DNA of 32,000 nucleotides from Xanthomonas campestris pv. campestris str. ATCC 33913. GTDB taxonomy: Bacteria > Pseudomonadota > Gammaproteobacteria > Xanthomonadales > Xanthomonadaceae. Every line of letters begins with the position of its first letter. The stretch's first letter is position 1. Below the pieces are notes generated by a model. That model did not search any database and was not told where the DNA came from. It saw only the letters and a list, made by a program, of their open reading frames with translations. A program made the position numbers and the translations under genes. The DNA is taken from NCBI RefSeq assembly GCF_000007145.1, contig NC_003902.1, forward strand, positions 4,763,426 to 4,795,425. The letters are read 5' to 3'. Positions 9,202 through 18,151 of this stretch are shown here, piece after piece.

Positions 9202-11388
9202 CTACACCACCGTCAGATTCGCGTACGCCATCACCAGCCACTTGGCGCCCACTTCATCGAATTGCACCTGCACGCGTGCATGCGCGCCGGCGCCTTCGTA
9301 GTCGACAACCACGCCGCCACCGAACTTGGGGTGTTCGACATTGGCGCCGAGCTTGATCGGCGCGGCGTCCACCACGGCATGTACCGGGCCGCCGCGTGCG
9401 GCGCCCAGCGAGGCGGTGCGCGAGACCTGCACCTTGGGCCGCACTTCATGCAGCAGGTCGCGCGGGATCTCGCGCAGAAAGCGCGACGGCACGTTGTAGT
9501 TGTCCTGGCCGTGGATGCGCCGCGATTCGGCGTAGCACAGCACCAGCTTCTGGCGCGCGCGGGTGATACCCACGTAGGCCAGGCGGCGTTCTTCTTCGAG
9601 CCGGCCGCTTTCTTCCAGCGAGCGTGCGCTGGGGAACAGGCCGTCTTCCAGCCCGACCAGGAACACGATCGGAAATTCCAGGCCCTTGGCCGAGTGCAAC
9701 GTCATCAGCTGCACGCCTTCTTCGCCGGCCTGCGCCTGGCCTTCGCCGGCTTCCAGCGAGGCGTAGGCGAGGAAGGCCACCAGTTCGGTCATGCCCTGGC
9801 TGTCTTCATCGTCCGGGCGGGTGAAGCGCGAGGCCACCGAGACCAGTTCGTCCAGGTTCTCGGTGCGCGATTCCGAATCCAGCCCGCCGCGGCTTTCCTT
9901 GGCCCAATGCTCGCGCAGGCCCGAGCGCATCAGCACATGGTCGATGCGCTCGGCCAGGTCCATCTCGCCGGTTTCGGCCTGCAGCTGGCCGACCAGGCTC
10001 AGGAACGTAGCCAGCGCATTGCGTGCACGCGCCGCAAGAGTATTTTCCTGCGTGCACAGCATTGCCGCTTCCCACAGCGACAGCGCATTGGCGCGTGCCA
10101 GCCGGCGCACTTCATCCAGGGTGCGATCGCCAATGCCACGCGTGGGCGTGTTGACCGCGCGCTCGAACGCCGCATCGTCGCTGCGGTTGGTGAGCATGCG
10201 CAGGTACGCCAGCGCGTCCTTGATTTCGGCGCGTTCGAAAAAGCGCATGCCGCCATACACGCGGTACGGCAGTTGTTCGGCAATCAGTGCTTCTTCCAGC
10301 GCGCGCGATTGCGCATTGCTGCGATAGAGCACCGCCACTTCGCCATAGCTGCCGCCATCGCGCACCCACTGGCGCGCGCGCTCGACTACATAGCGGGCCT
10401 CGTCGACTTCGTTGTAGGCCGCGTACAGATCGATCGGGTCGCCATCGCCGGAATCGGTCCACAACTGCTTGCCGATGCGGTCGGGGTTATGCGCGATCAC
10501 CGCATTGGCCGCGCCCAGAATATTGGCGCTGGACCGGTAGTTCTGCTCCAGCCGCACCGTCTGCGCACCGGGGAAATCCTTGAGGAAGCGCTGCACGTTC
10601 TCGACCTTGGCACCGCGCCAGCCGTAGATGGCCTGGTCGTCGTCGCCCACCACGAATACGTGGCCGCTCTCGCCGGCAAGCACGCGCACGAAGGCGTACT
10701 GGATGGCGTTGGTGTCCTGGAACTCGTCGACCAGAATTTCGCGGAAGCGCGCGCGGTAATGCGCCAGCAAGGCCGGGGTGTCGCGCAGTAATTCGTGCGC
10801 GCGCAGCAGCAGCTCGGCGAAATCCAGCAGCCCGGAGCGGTCGCAGCGTTCCTGGTAGGCGGCGTACACCTGCCGGCGCACCTCGGTCCAGTCGTCGTTG
10901 GGCTCGGGCTGGATGTGTTGCGGGCGGCGGCCTTCGTCCTTCTGCTCGTTGATCCACCAGCCCATCTGCTTGGGCGGATACTTGGTCTCGTCCAGCTCCA
11001 GCGACTGCACCACGCGCTTGACCAGCCGTAGCTGGTCGTCGCTGTCCATAACCTGGAAGCCTTCCGGCAGCCGCGCGTCCTGCCAGTGCAGGCGCAGCAG
11101 GCGATGGGCCAGCCCATGGAAGGTGCCGATCCACATCCCGCGGCTGCCGTTGCGCAGTTGCAGGTCGGTGCGGTGGCGCATTTCGCCGGCGGCCTTGTTG
11201 GTGAAGGTCACCGCGAAGATGCCGTGGTTTGGCACGCCCTGGACTTCATTGAGCCAGGCAATGCGATGGATCAGCACGCGCGTCTTGCCGGAGCCGGCGC
11301 CGGCCAGCACAAGGTAATGCCCCGGCGGCGCGGAAACGGCCTCGCGCTGGGCGGGGTTTAAATGATCGAGCAAATGAGAGACATCCAC
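9202..11388 (-). CDS. uvrD: DNA helicase II (UvrD)
   Basis: 728 aa. MDVSHLLDHLNPAQREAVSAPPGHYLVLAGAGSGKTRVLIHRIAWL...AVTFTNKAAGEMRHR is near-colinear with E. coli UvrD, and the SF1 helicase motifs are present throughout. Confidence 0.97.
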   Translation of the reverse strand: MDVSHLLDHLNPAQREAVSAPPGHYLVLAGAGSGKTRVLIHRIAWLNEVQGVPNHGIFAVTFTNKAAGEMRHRTDLQLRNGSRGMWIGTFHGLAHRLLRLHWQDARLPEGFQVMDSDDQLRLVKRVVQSLELDETKYPPKQMGWWINEQKDEGRRPQHIQPEPNDDWTEVRRQVYAAYQERCDRSGLLDFAELLLRAHELLRDTPALLAHYRARFREILVDEFQDTNAIQYAFVRVLAGESGHVFVVGDDDQAIYGWRGAKVENVQRFLKDFPGAQTVRLEQNYRSSANILGAANAVIAHNPDRIGKQLWTDSGDGDPIDLYAAYNEVDEARYVVERARQWVRDGGSYGEVAVLYRSNAQSRALEEALIAEQLPYRVYGGMRFFERAEIKDALAYLRMLTNRSDDAAFERAVNTPTRGIGDRTLDEVRRLARANALSLWEAAMLCTQENTLAARARNALATFLSLVGQLQAETGEMDLAERIDHVLMRSGLREHWAKESRGGLDSESRTENLDELVSVASRFTRPDDEDSQGMTELVAFLAYASLEAGEGQAQAGEEGVQLMTLHSAKGLEFPIVFLVGLEDGLFPSARSLEESGRLEEERRLAYVGITRARQKLVLCYAESRRIHGQDNYNVPSRFLREIPRDLLHEVRPKVQVSRTASLGAARGGPVHAVVDAAPIKLGANVEHPKFGGGVVVDYEGAGAHARVQVQFDEVGAKWLVMAYANLTVV

Positions 11389-11439
11389 CCGGGCATTTTA
11401 CCGGTTGTGGCGTCGCTGCGGCTGAGATTGGGATGAAGG

Positions 11440-11657
11440 GGTTTGGGATGCGAGGCTTCGCTCGGACCCTCATCCGCTCCTTCGGGGCACCTTCTCCCGA
11501 TGGGAGAAGGGAACAAAGCCCCTCTCCTACGGGAGAGGGGTTGGGGTGAGGGTACGGGGCGAAGCCACTACGAGTGGTGGGTAACACGAAAGCTTCGCTC
11601 GGACCCTCATCCGCCCCTTCGGGGCACCTTCTCCCGGCGGGAGAAGGGAACAACGCT
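11440..11657. repeat. cluster of composite hairpin (REP/MITE-like) modules between the FAD-protein stop and the uvrD start
   Basis: Two copies of module A (about 11449-11515 and 11593-11655) contain CCTTCTCCC-nnn-GGGAGAAGG and GCCCC-nnn-GGGGC hairpins plus GGATGAGGGT. One copy of module B (about 11519-11572) contains CCCCTCTCC-TACG-GGAGAGGGG and GGTGAGGGTACGGGGCGAAGCC. These are reverse complements of the modules in the 19118-20216 array. Confidence 0.85.
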
Positions 11658-11659
11658 CC

Positions 11660-13051
11660 TCACCGCCCAAGCAATACCAGCACATCCCGCGCAATCGCCG
11701 TTGCCTGCTCACGCAGTTCCGGTACCGCCAGGCTTTCCCAGAGCGAGCCGATGCGCAGGCTGCCGATCACCCGCAGGCGTGGATTGGGGCGGCCATCGGC
11801 ATCGAGCAGCGCGCTATTGGACGCGGTGTCCACGCCGATGCCATGCGGGCCGGGCGTGGCGATGCCCTGGCCCAGCAGCTGCTGCAGCAGGCCGTTGCGC
11901 ATGGCCTGCACGCGCATTTCCACGCCGGTGGCGTTGATCAGCGTCTGCACATCCAGCTGCAGCGCATGCCCGGCGCCGGCGCTGGCGCTCACCCGCACAC
12001 AGGCGCCGGCCTGGTACGCCACATCCAGCCGCGCGCGATGCAGTTGCAATTGCCCGCGCGCCTGCATTGCCTGCAGGTGCGCATGCACCGGCGCGGCGAT
12101 GCGGTGGCGGTGCACATCCCAATAGCGCACCACATGCCGCAAGAAGCGGCGCTGGTCGGCGGCCGACAGCGTCTGCCATAGCGCCTGGCTCAACGGGCGG
12201 ATGCGCTCCATCACGCTCTGCCAGGGCAGGCCCTGCGCGGCCGCGTCGCGCGCATGCCGGCGCAATGCGCGCATGCGCGCGCGCAGGGGCAGTGCCAGCA
12301 GCGGTTGCGGGTCGAACGGTGCCGGCGTGGCGTGTGCGTGCGGCAGCGGCAGCAAGCCGTGCCGCGAGACCACGTGCACCGCGCCGCGGTGCTGCTGCGC
12401 GGCCAGGGTGACCACGCTGTCGGCCATGCTCAACCCCGAGCCAATGATGCACACCGCCGCGTCCTGCGGGATCTGCGCCACTGAGGGCGTGTCCCAGGCT
12501 TCCACTCGCTGGCCGGGCGCCAGGCCGGCGGCGCCGCGCAATGGCAGCGGCCGCAATGCATTGCCCACCGCCAGGATCACGCTGGCAGCCTGCAGGTGCT
12601 GGCCGTCATCCAAATGCAGCAGCGCGCCTGCGGCGTTTGGCTGCAGGTCGCGTACGCGAGCGCTGCAGACAGTGAGTGTGGCGGGGCTGCGCGCGCAGGC
12701 CTCTTGCAACCGAGCACGCAGGTACGGGGCATATAGGCAGCGGCCCACGAACTGCTGCGGCAGTTGCGCCGCGTCCAGCGCCGGGCAGGCCTGCGTGGCC
12801 TGCAGGTAGGCGACAAAATCGCCTGGCAACTCGGCCAGCGCGCTCATCCGCGCGGCCGGCACATTGAGCAGATGCTCGGGCCGCGCCGTGGCGTAGGCCA
12901 CGCCTTCGCCCAATGCCGCGCTGGGCTCGATCATGACGATCTGCAGCGGCGCGGTGGCCTGGCGCAGCAGCTGCAACGCCACCAGCACGCCGGACGCGCC
13001 ACCACCGACGATGGCGATCGCTGCATCGCCGGGTACACGCTGTTCGTTCAT
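11660..13051 (-). CDS. FAD/NAD(P)-binding oxidoreductase-like protein (463 aa)
   Basis: The start MNEQRVPGDAAIAIVGGGASGVLVALQL carries a GxGxxG dinucleotide fold. There is a second nucleotide-binding-like block, VCIIGSGLSMADSVV. The track start at 13186 adds 45 Arg/Ser-rich residues with no support. Confidence 0.8.
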   Translation of the reverse strand: MNEQRVPGDAAIAIVGGGASGVLVALQLLRQATAPLQIVMIEPSAALGEGVAYATARPEHLLNVPAARMSALAELPGDFVAYLQATQACPALDAAQLPQQFVGRCLYAPYLRARLQEACARSPATLTVCSARVRDLQPNAAGALLHLDDGQHLQAASVILAVGNALRPLPLRGAAGLAPGQRVEAWDTPSVAQIPQDAAVCIIGSGLSMADSVVTLAAQQHRGAVHVVSRHGLLPLPHAHATPAPFDPQPLLALPLRARMRALRRHARDAAAQGLPWQSVMERIRPLSQALWQTLSAADQRRFLRHVVRYWDVHRHRIAAPVHAHLQAMQARGQLQLHRARLDVAYQAGACVRVSASAGAGHALQLDVQTLINATGVEMRVQAMRNGLLQQLLGQGIATPGPHGIGVDTASNSALLDADGRPNPRLRVIGSLRIGSLWESLAVPELREQATAIARDVLVLLGR

Positions 13052-13357
13052 GCCGCAATTGTAGGCGATGGCCGCGTCGGGCCCATGACCACGGGTGCGG
13101 CGGCAACCGACATGTGAGGTGCTGGATTCGCTGCGCGGCAGCTGACTGCCGGGTGATGTCCGCAGCCCCACGCGGTGGGACTGCACGCAGCACCCAGGCC
13201 GGTACCGGCCGGCGCCACGCTGTGGGTGCGCCGCGCTCTATCACCCGTGGCAGCAGCGTGCGTGCATGCACTACGCCAACGCTGTGCGAATCAGGCCACC
13301 ATGCTGCCCGACGCTTCAATGCCAGGCCTCACCGCGCGACAGCCATCCAGCCGCCCG

Positions 13358-14782
13358 CTACATCAATGCATCCGCCAGGCGTGCGATGCCTTCGCGGCTT
13401 CGCCGCCAGGCCGGGCGGCGGCGCCACTGCGCGATGTCCACCGGCTGCGACTGCGCCAGGTAATCCTGCTCGATCTCGCGCAGGCGTAGCACCACGTTGC
13501 GGTCGTAGCAGAGCATGCCGATCTCGGCATTGAGCGCGAACGAGCGGATGTCCAGGTTGATCGAGCCCACCAACGCAATGTCTTCATCCACGCTCAGATG
13601 CTTGGCATGCAGAAAGTGCGGCCGGTACAGCGCAATCTTCACTCCACAGCGCAGCAACTCTTCGAAATAGGCCTCCTGCGCCCACGCCGCCAGCCGCTGG
13701 TTGTTGTGTTCGGACAGGATCAACTGCACGTCCACGCCAGACATCCCGGCAATGCGCAGCGCACTGAGCATGGCTTCGTCCGGCACGAAATACGGCGTGA
13801 CCAGCACCACCTTGCGGCGCGCCAGATGGATCACTGCGTTGATTGCATCGCGCGCGTTCTCGAACGGATACGCCGGCCCGCTGGGCAGCAACTGGGTGGC
13901 GATGTTGTCGTCGTACACCGGTGCGTCCGGCCACACGTCCAGGCGCTGCCCGGTTTCGGTGAACCAGTCGCTGGCGAACACCGCTTCCAGGTGGTTGACC
14001 ACCGGCCCGCGTACGCGCGCGACCAGTTCGCGATTGGGCGCGCCGGCGATGAAGCCGGGTGCGGCCAGGTTCTGCGAGCCGACAAAGCCGACCTGGTTGT
14101 CGATCACCGCAATCTTGCGGTGGTTGCGCAGGTCCATGCGCCCGCTGCGGCGCCAGCGCAGCCCGCCGGGCAGCAAGGCCAGCACCTCCACGCCACTGGC
14201 CTGCAGGCGCTGGCGATAACGGCGCAGGCCACGCTTGGCGCCCATGGCATCCAGCAGCAAGCGGCAGCGCACGCCGCGTGCGCAGGCGCGTTCCAGCGCA
14301 GCCACCACCGCCTCGCCCACCGCATCGTCGAACATCAGGTAATACAGCAGATGCACACGTTCCTGCGCCTGGTCGATCGCGGTAATCAACGCCTGCAGCG
14401 AGGCCTCGTAGTCGTCCAACAGTTCCACCGCATTGCCCAGCGTGGGCATGAAATCGCCCTGCCGCTCGATCAACGGCACCACCTCGGCGCTGCTGGTGTC
14501 CGGCTGCGGGGTCCAGCGCAAGGCGTGCAATGGCAGCTGCTGCTCACGGATCACCTGCGAGGCCGTGGCCTGGCGTTGTACGCGCTGCCGCGATAGCCAC
14601 GGGTGGCCGAACAACAGGTACAGCGGCAGGCCCACCACCGGCACGAAGCCGATCAGCAGCAACCAGCTGCGCGCCGCCCCAGGCGTGGTGCGGGTGGGGA
14701 TCCACAGCAGCGCGGCCAGGCGGATCGCCCAGTCCAGCGCCAGCAGCCAGGTCCCTTGCAACCAGTCAGGCAGCATCGGCAT
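13358..14782 (-). CDS. cls: cardiolipin synthase (PLD superfamily, two HKD motifs)
   Basis: 474 aa. It has two N-terminal TM helices, HKD motif 1 (HRKIAVIDNQVGFVGSQNL) and HKD motif 2 (HAKHLSVDEDIALVGSINLDIRSF). Confidence 0.95.
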   Translation of the reverse strand: MPMLPDWLQGTWLLALDWAIRLAALLWIPTRTTPGAARSWLLLIGFVPVVGLPLYLLFGHPWLSRQRVQRQATASQVIREQQLPLHALRWTPQPDTSSAEVVPLIERQGDFMPTLGNAVELLDDYEASLQALITAIDQAQERVHLLYYLMFDDAVGEAVVAALERACARGVRCRLLLDAMGAKRGLRRYRQRLQASGVEVLALLPGGLRWRRSGRMDLRNHRKIAVIDNQVGFVGSQNLAAPGFIAGAPNRELVARVRGPVVNHLEAVFASDWFTETGQRLDVWPDAPVYDDNIATQLLPSGPAYPFENARDAINAVIHLARRKVVLVTPYFVPDEAMLSALRIAGMSGVDVQLILSEHNNQRLAAWAQEAYFEELLRCGVKIALYRPHFLHAKHLSVDEDIALVGSINLDIRSFALNAEIGMLCYDRNVVLRLREIEQDYLAQSQPVDIAQWRRRPAWRRSREGIARLADALM

Positions 14783-14791
14783 CGGGTCTCG

Positions 14792-16096
14792 TCAAGGGGA
14801 GCCCGATTCTGACCGGGCCGCGCATAAACGCAACGGCCCGGACGCCGCCGCGCAATGCCGGAATGGCCCGGCCGCAGTATCGGCCGGCAGCGCGCGGTCG
14901 GCGCACACCTGGCGCACGGTCTGCACGAAGGCCGACTGCGCGCGGGTGGGGTGCCAATCAGCGCGTGTGGTCAGGCCAATCTGCCGGCGCAGCTGCGGCA
15001 CCGCCAGGCCGATCTCGCACAGCAGCCCGGCGCGTTGCTCGAACAGGAACTGGTCGCGCGACATCACGGTCAGCCACTCGTCTTCCAGCAGTAGCCCGCG
15101 GATGACCAGCACCGACCCGCATTCGATGCGCGGCGGCGGCGGCTCCAGTTGCTGGTCGCGGAACATGCGCTCCCAGCGCGCGCGCAGCGGCGTGCCCGTG
15201 GCCGCCACCACCCATGGGTAGTCCAGCAACTGCGCGAAGGCGTAGGCCTGCCCGGCCAGCGGATGCCCGCTGCGCGCCACGATCACCGCCGCATCGTCGA
15301 ATAGCGCGTCCTGCACCACGTCGTGCACGGGCAACGGCTCGCGCAACGCGCCGATCAACAGGTCCAGCCCGCCCTCGCGCAGCTGCGCCAGCAACTCGGG
15401 ATACGGCCCTTCGACCACGCTGACGATGGCGCCGGGGTGGCTGCGTGCGAAGCGCGCCAATGTACGCGGCAGCAATACCGCACGGGCAAGTGGCATCACC
15501 CCCACCGTCACCCGCCCGGCGTGCTGGGAGCGCAGCGCGGCCACCTCGTCCAGCCCGGCGCCCAACTCCGCCAGGGCGAGCCGCACCTGCCGCAGCAGCC
15601 GCAGCGCCACCGGCGTGGCGTGCACGCTCTTGCCGCGGCGCACGATCAACGGCACTTCGACCACATCGGCCAGCGTCTGCACCGCGCGGTAGATGGCCGG
15701 CTGCGAGACCCCGGTGCGCACCGCCGCCAGCGAATAGCTGCCGGCCACGTCCACCGCCACCAGTGCCTGCAGCTGCCCCAGCGACACCCGCCGCTCCAGG
15801 CCCGGGCGGGCTGGCAGCCGCAGCGCGCGCCGCGCCACCCGCAGCCCGCGCCCCAGATGCGCCAATGCGCGCACCACCCGCGGTGCCAGCAGGCGCGTGG
15901 CCTCGGTGCCGGCCATGCCGCCGGGGTGGCGGTCGAACAGCCGCACGCCCAGTTGCTGTTCCAGCCGCGCGATGGCCTGGGTGAGCGCCGGCTGCGACAG
16001 GTTCACCTGTGGCGCGGCGGCGCTGACGCTGCCCGCTTCGGCCACCACATGCATGGCATACAGGTGGCGCAGGTTGATTTCGAAGGGTGTCGACAT
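14792..16096 (-). CDS. LysR-family transcriptional regulator with two tandem N-terminal wHTH domains (434 aa)
   Basis: wHTH 1 spans aa ~7-66 (LRHLYAMHVVAEAGSVSAAAPQVNLSQPALTQAIARLEQQLGVRLFDR). wHTH 2 spans aa ~104-168 (VSLGQLQALVAVDVAGSYSLAAVRTGVSQPAIYRAVQTLADVVEVPLIVRRG). A LysR substrate-binding domain follows (RVTVGVMPLARAVLLPRTLARFARSHPGAIVSVVEG...). The gene is divergent from ligK. Confidence 0.9.
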   Translation of the reverse strand: MSTPFEINLRHLYAMHVVAEAGSVSAAAPQVNLSQPALTQAIARLEQQLGVRLFDRHPGGMAGTEATRLLAPRVVRALAHLGRGLRVARRALRLPARPGLERRVSLGQLQALVAVDVAGSYSLAAVRTGVSQPAIYRAVQTLADVVEVPLIVRRGKSVHATPVALRLLRQVRLALAELGAGLDEVAALRSQHAGRVTVGVMPLARAVLLPRTLARFARSHPGAIVSVVEGPYPELLAQLREGGLDLLIGALREPLPVHDVVQDALFDDAAVIVARSGHPLAGQAYAFAQLLDYPWVVAATGTPLRARWERMFRDQQLEPPPPRIECGSVLVIRGLLLEDEWLTVMSRDQFLFEQRAGLLCEIGLAVPQLRRQIGLTTRADWHPTRAQSAFVQTVRQVCADRALPADTAAGPFRHCAAASGPLRLCAARSESGSP

Positions 16097-16103
16097 GCTC
16101 TAA

Positions 16104-16122
16104 CTATAAGCAGAACCAATAG
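16104..16122. promoter_or_regulatory. candidate LysR box (CTAT-N11-ATAG, contains T-N11-A)
   Basis: A perfect 4-bp inverted repeat spaced by 11 nt lies in the 101-bp divergent region between the LysR start (16096) and the ligK start (16198). Confidence 0.4.
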
Positions 16123-16197
16123 ACATACCTTAAATTGATCTTGAGCCAGCAGGCGCTCCACCAACAGACTCGGCGCATTGCTAACGAGGATGGATGG

Positions 16198-16869
16198 ATG
16201 AGCAAGGTCGTCACCGACATCGCGCGTGCCCCGGTCGCGGTCGTGCAAGGGTTGGCGCAGGCGGGCGTGGCCACCGTGCACGAAGCCATGGGCCGCAGCG
16301 GGCTGCTGCATCACCGGCTGCGGCCGATCTATGCCGGCTGCCGCATCGCCGGTACCGCCGTCACGGTGTCGGTCCCGCCGGGCGACAACTGGATGATGCA
16401 TGTGGCGATCGAGCAACTGCGCGATGGCGACCTGTTGGTGGTCGCGCCCACCAGCGAGTGCTGCGACGGCTATTTCGGCGACCTGCTCGCGACCTCGGCG
16501 CAGGCGCGCGGCTGCCGTGGGCTGATCATCGACGCCGGCGTGCGCGACGTGCGCGACCTCACCGCCATGGGCTTCCCGGTGTGGAGCCGCGCCATCTGCG
16601 CGCAGGGCACCATCAAGGAGACCCTGGGGGCGGTGAACGTGCCGCTGGTCTGCGCCGGGCAGCTGATCCAGCCAGGCGATGTGGTGGTGGCCGACGACGA
16701 CGGCGTCTGCGTGGTGCCAAGCGCCCAAGCCCCGGCGGTCCTGGCCGAGGCCCAGGCACGCGAAGCGCGCGAATTGATCAAGCGCGAGCGGCTGGCGCGC
16801 GGCGAACTGGGCCTGGACATCTACGCCATGCGTGAGCGCCTGGCCGCGAAGGGCCTGCGCTATGTCTGA
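16198..16869 (+). CDS. ligK: 4-carboxy-4-hydroxy-2-oxoadipate (CHA/HMG) aldolase / oxaloacetate decarboxylase, RraA-like fold
   Basis: 223 aa from [19 protein letters not shown]. Blocks are [51 protein letters not shown] and [20 protein letters not shown] lies upstream of the ATG at 16198. Confidence 0.88.
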   Translation: MSKVVTDIARAPVAVVQGLAQAGVATVHEAMGRSGLLHHRLRPIYAGCRIAGTAVTVSVPPGDNWMMHVAIEQLRDGDLLVVAPTSECCDGYFGDLLATSAQARGCRGLIIDAGVRDVRDLTAMGFPVWSRAICAQGTIKETLGAVNVPLVCAGQLIQPGDVVVADDDGVCVVPSAQAPAVLAEAQAREARELIKRERLARGELGLDIYAMRERLAAKGLRYV

Positions 16870-17917
16870 GGGCGTGCGCGCGATGTGGATGCGCGGCGGC
16901 ACCTCCAAGGGCGGGTTCTTCCTGGCTGCGGACCTGCCGGCCGACACCGCCGCGCGCGACGCCTTCCTGCTGCGCGCCTACGGCTCGCCGGACCCGCGCC
17001 AGATCGATGGCATGGGCGGCGCCGACCCGCTCACCTCCAAGGTGGCCGTGGTAAGCCGCTCCGCGCGCGAGGATGCCGATGTGGACTACCTGTTCCTGCA
17101 GGTCTCGGTGGACCAGGCGCAGGTCAGCGACGCGCAGAACTGCGGCAACCTGCTGGCCGGCGTGGGGCCGTTCGCGCTGGAGCGCGGCCTGCTGCCCGCA
17201 CAGGACGGCCAGACTGCGGTGCGCATCTTCATGCGCAACACCGGCACCGTGGCCACCGCCACCGTGTGCACGCCGGGCGGCCAGGTGACCTACGCCGGCG
17301 ACACCCGGATCGATGGCGTGCCCGGCACCGCCGCGCCCATCGCGCTGGCCTTTGCCGAGATCGCCGGTTCCAGCTGCGGCGCGCTGCTGCCCACCGGCAA
17401 CCCGGTGGACCTGCTGGACGGCATTGCGGTCACGCTGATCGATAACGGCATGCCCTGCGTGGTACTGCGTGCCAGCGATGTGGGCATCCGCGGCGACGAA
17501 GACCGCGCCACGCTCGATGCCGATGTCGCGCTCAAGGCGCGCCTGGAAACCCTGCGCCTGCAGGCCGGGCCGCTGATGCGGCTGGGCGATGTGGACACCG
17601 CCACGGTACCGAAATTGATGCTGGTCTCCGCCCCACACAACGGCGGCGCGATCACGGTGCGCTCGTTCATTCCGCATCGCTGCCATGCCTCCATTGGCGT
17701 GCTGGGTGCGGTCACCGTGGCCACCGCCTGCCTGCTGCCCGGCACGCCGGCGCACGCGCTGGCACAGCTGCCGGGCGGCACCACGCAGCAGCTGGAGATC
17801 GAACACCCCAGCGGCGCCAGCAGCTGCCTCATTGCACTGGACGCGCACGGCAACGTGGTGCGCGCCGCTGTCGTGCGCACCGCCCGCAAACTGTTCGATG
17901 GGGTGCTGTTTGGCTAG
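16862..17917 (+). CDS. galD: 4-oxalomesaconate tautomerase (PrpF/GalD family isomerase)
   Basis: 351 aa. [65 protein letters not shown] and [23 protein letters not shown] follow the GalD/PrpF pattern closely. The start overlaps the ligK stop (ATGTCTGA). Confidence 0.85.
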   Translation: MSEGVRAMWMRGGTSKGGFFLAADLPADTAARDAFLLRAYGSPDPRQIDGMGGADPLTSKVAVVSRSAREDADVDYLFLQVSVDQAQVSDAQNCGNLLAGVGPFALERGLLPAQDGQTAVRIFMRNTGTVATATVCTPGGQVTYAGDTRIDGVPGTAAPIALAFAEIAGSSCGALLPTGNPVDLLDGIAVTLIDNGMPCVVLRASDVGIRGDEDRATLDADVALKARLETLRLQAGPLMRLGDVDTATVPKLMLVSAPHNGGAITVRSFIPHRCHASIGVLGAVTVATACLLPGTPAHALAQLPGGTTQQLEIEHPSGASSCLIALDAHGNVVRAAVVRTARKLFDGVLFG

Positions 17918-18151
17918 TCAGCGGCCCATGCCATTCATGCCGGCCGATGACGGCACGGCCGGGGGCTTGATGCAGCTGCCGGTGCCGGTGCACTCGGCAG
18001 CTCAGGCGGCACCGTCTGCGCGATGTGCCGCCTGCAGCGGCTACCGCCTGCGTAAACGCGCGTATGTAGGCACCTGCCGATCCCGCGCGCCCGGCTGCAG
18101 CGGCTGCAAGCAACCGCGCGATGCGCACGTTCCCTCATATCAGACGACCCG

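Noticed and set aside
13197-13210. Perfect 14-bp palindrome GGCCGGTACCGGCC between cls and the FAD-protein gene
   Set aside because: It is a short GC-rich palindrome with no loop and no flanking T-run, lying 150 nt from the cls stop. It is not repeated in the window and is likely chance at this base composition.
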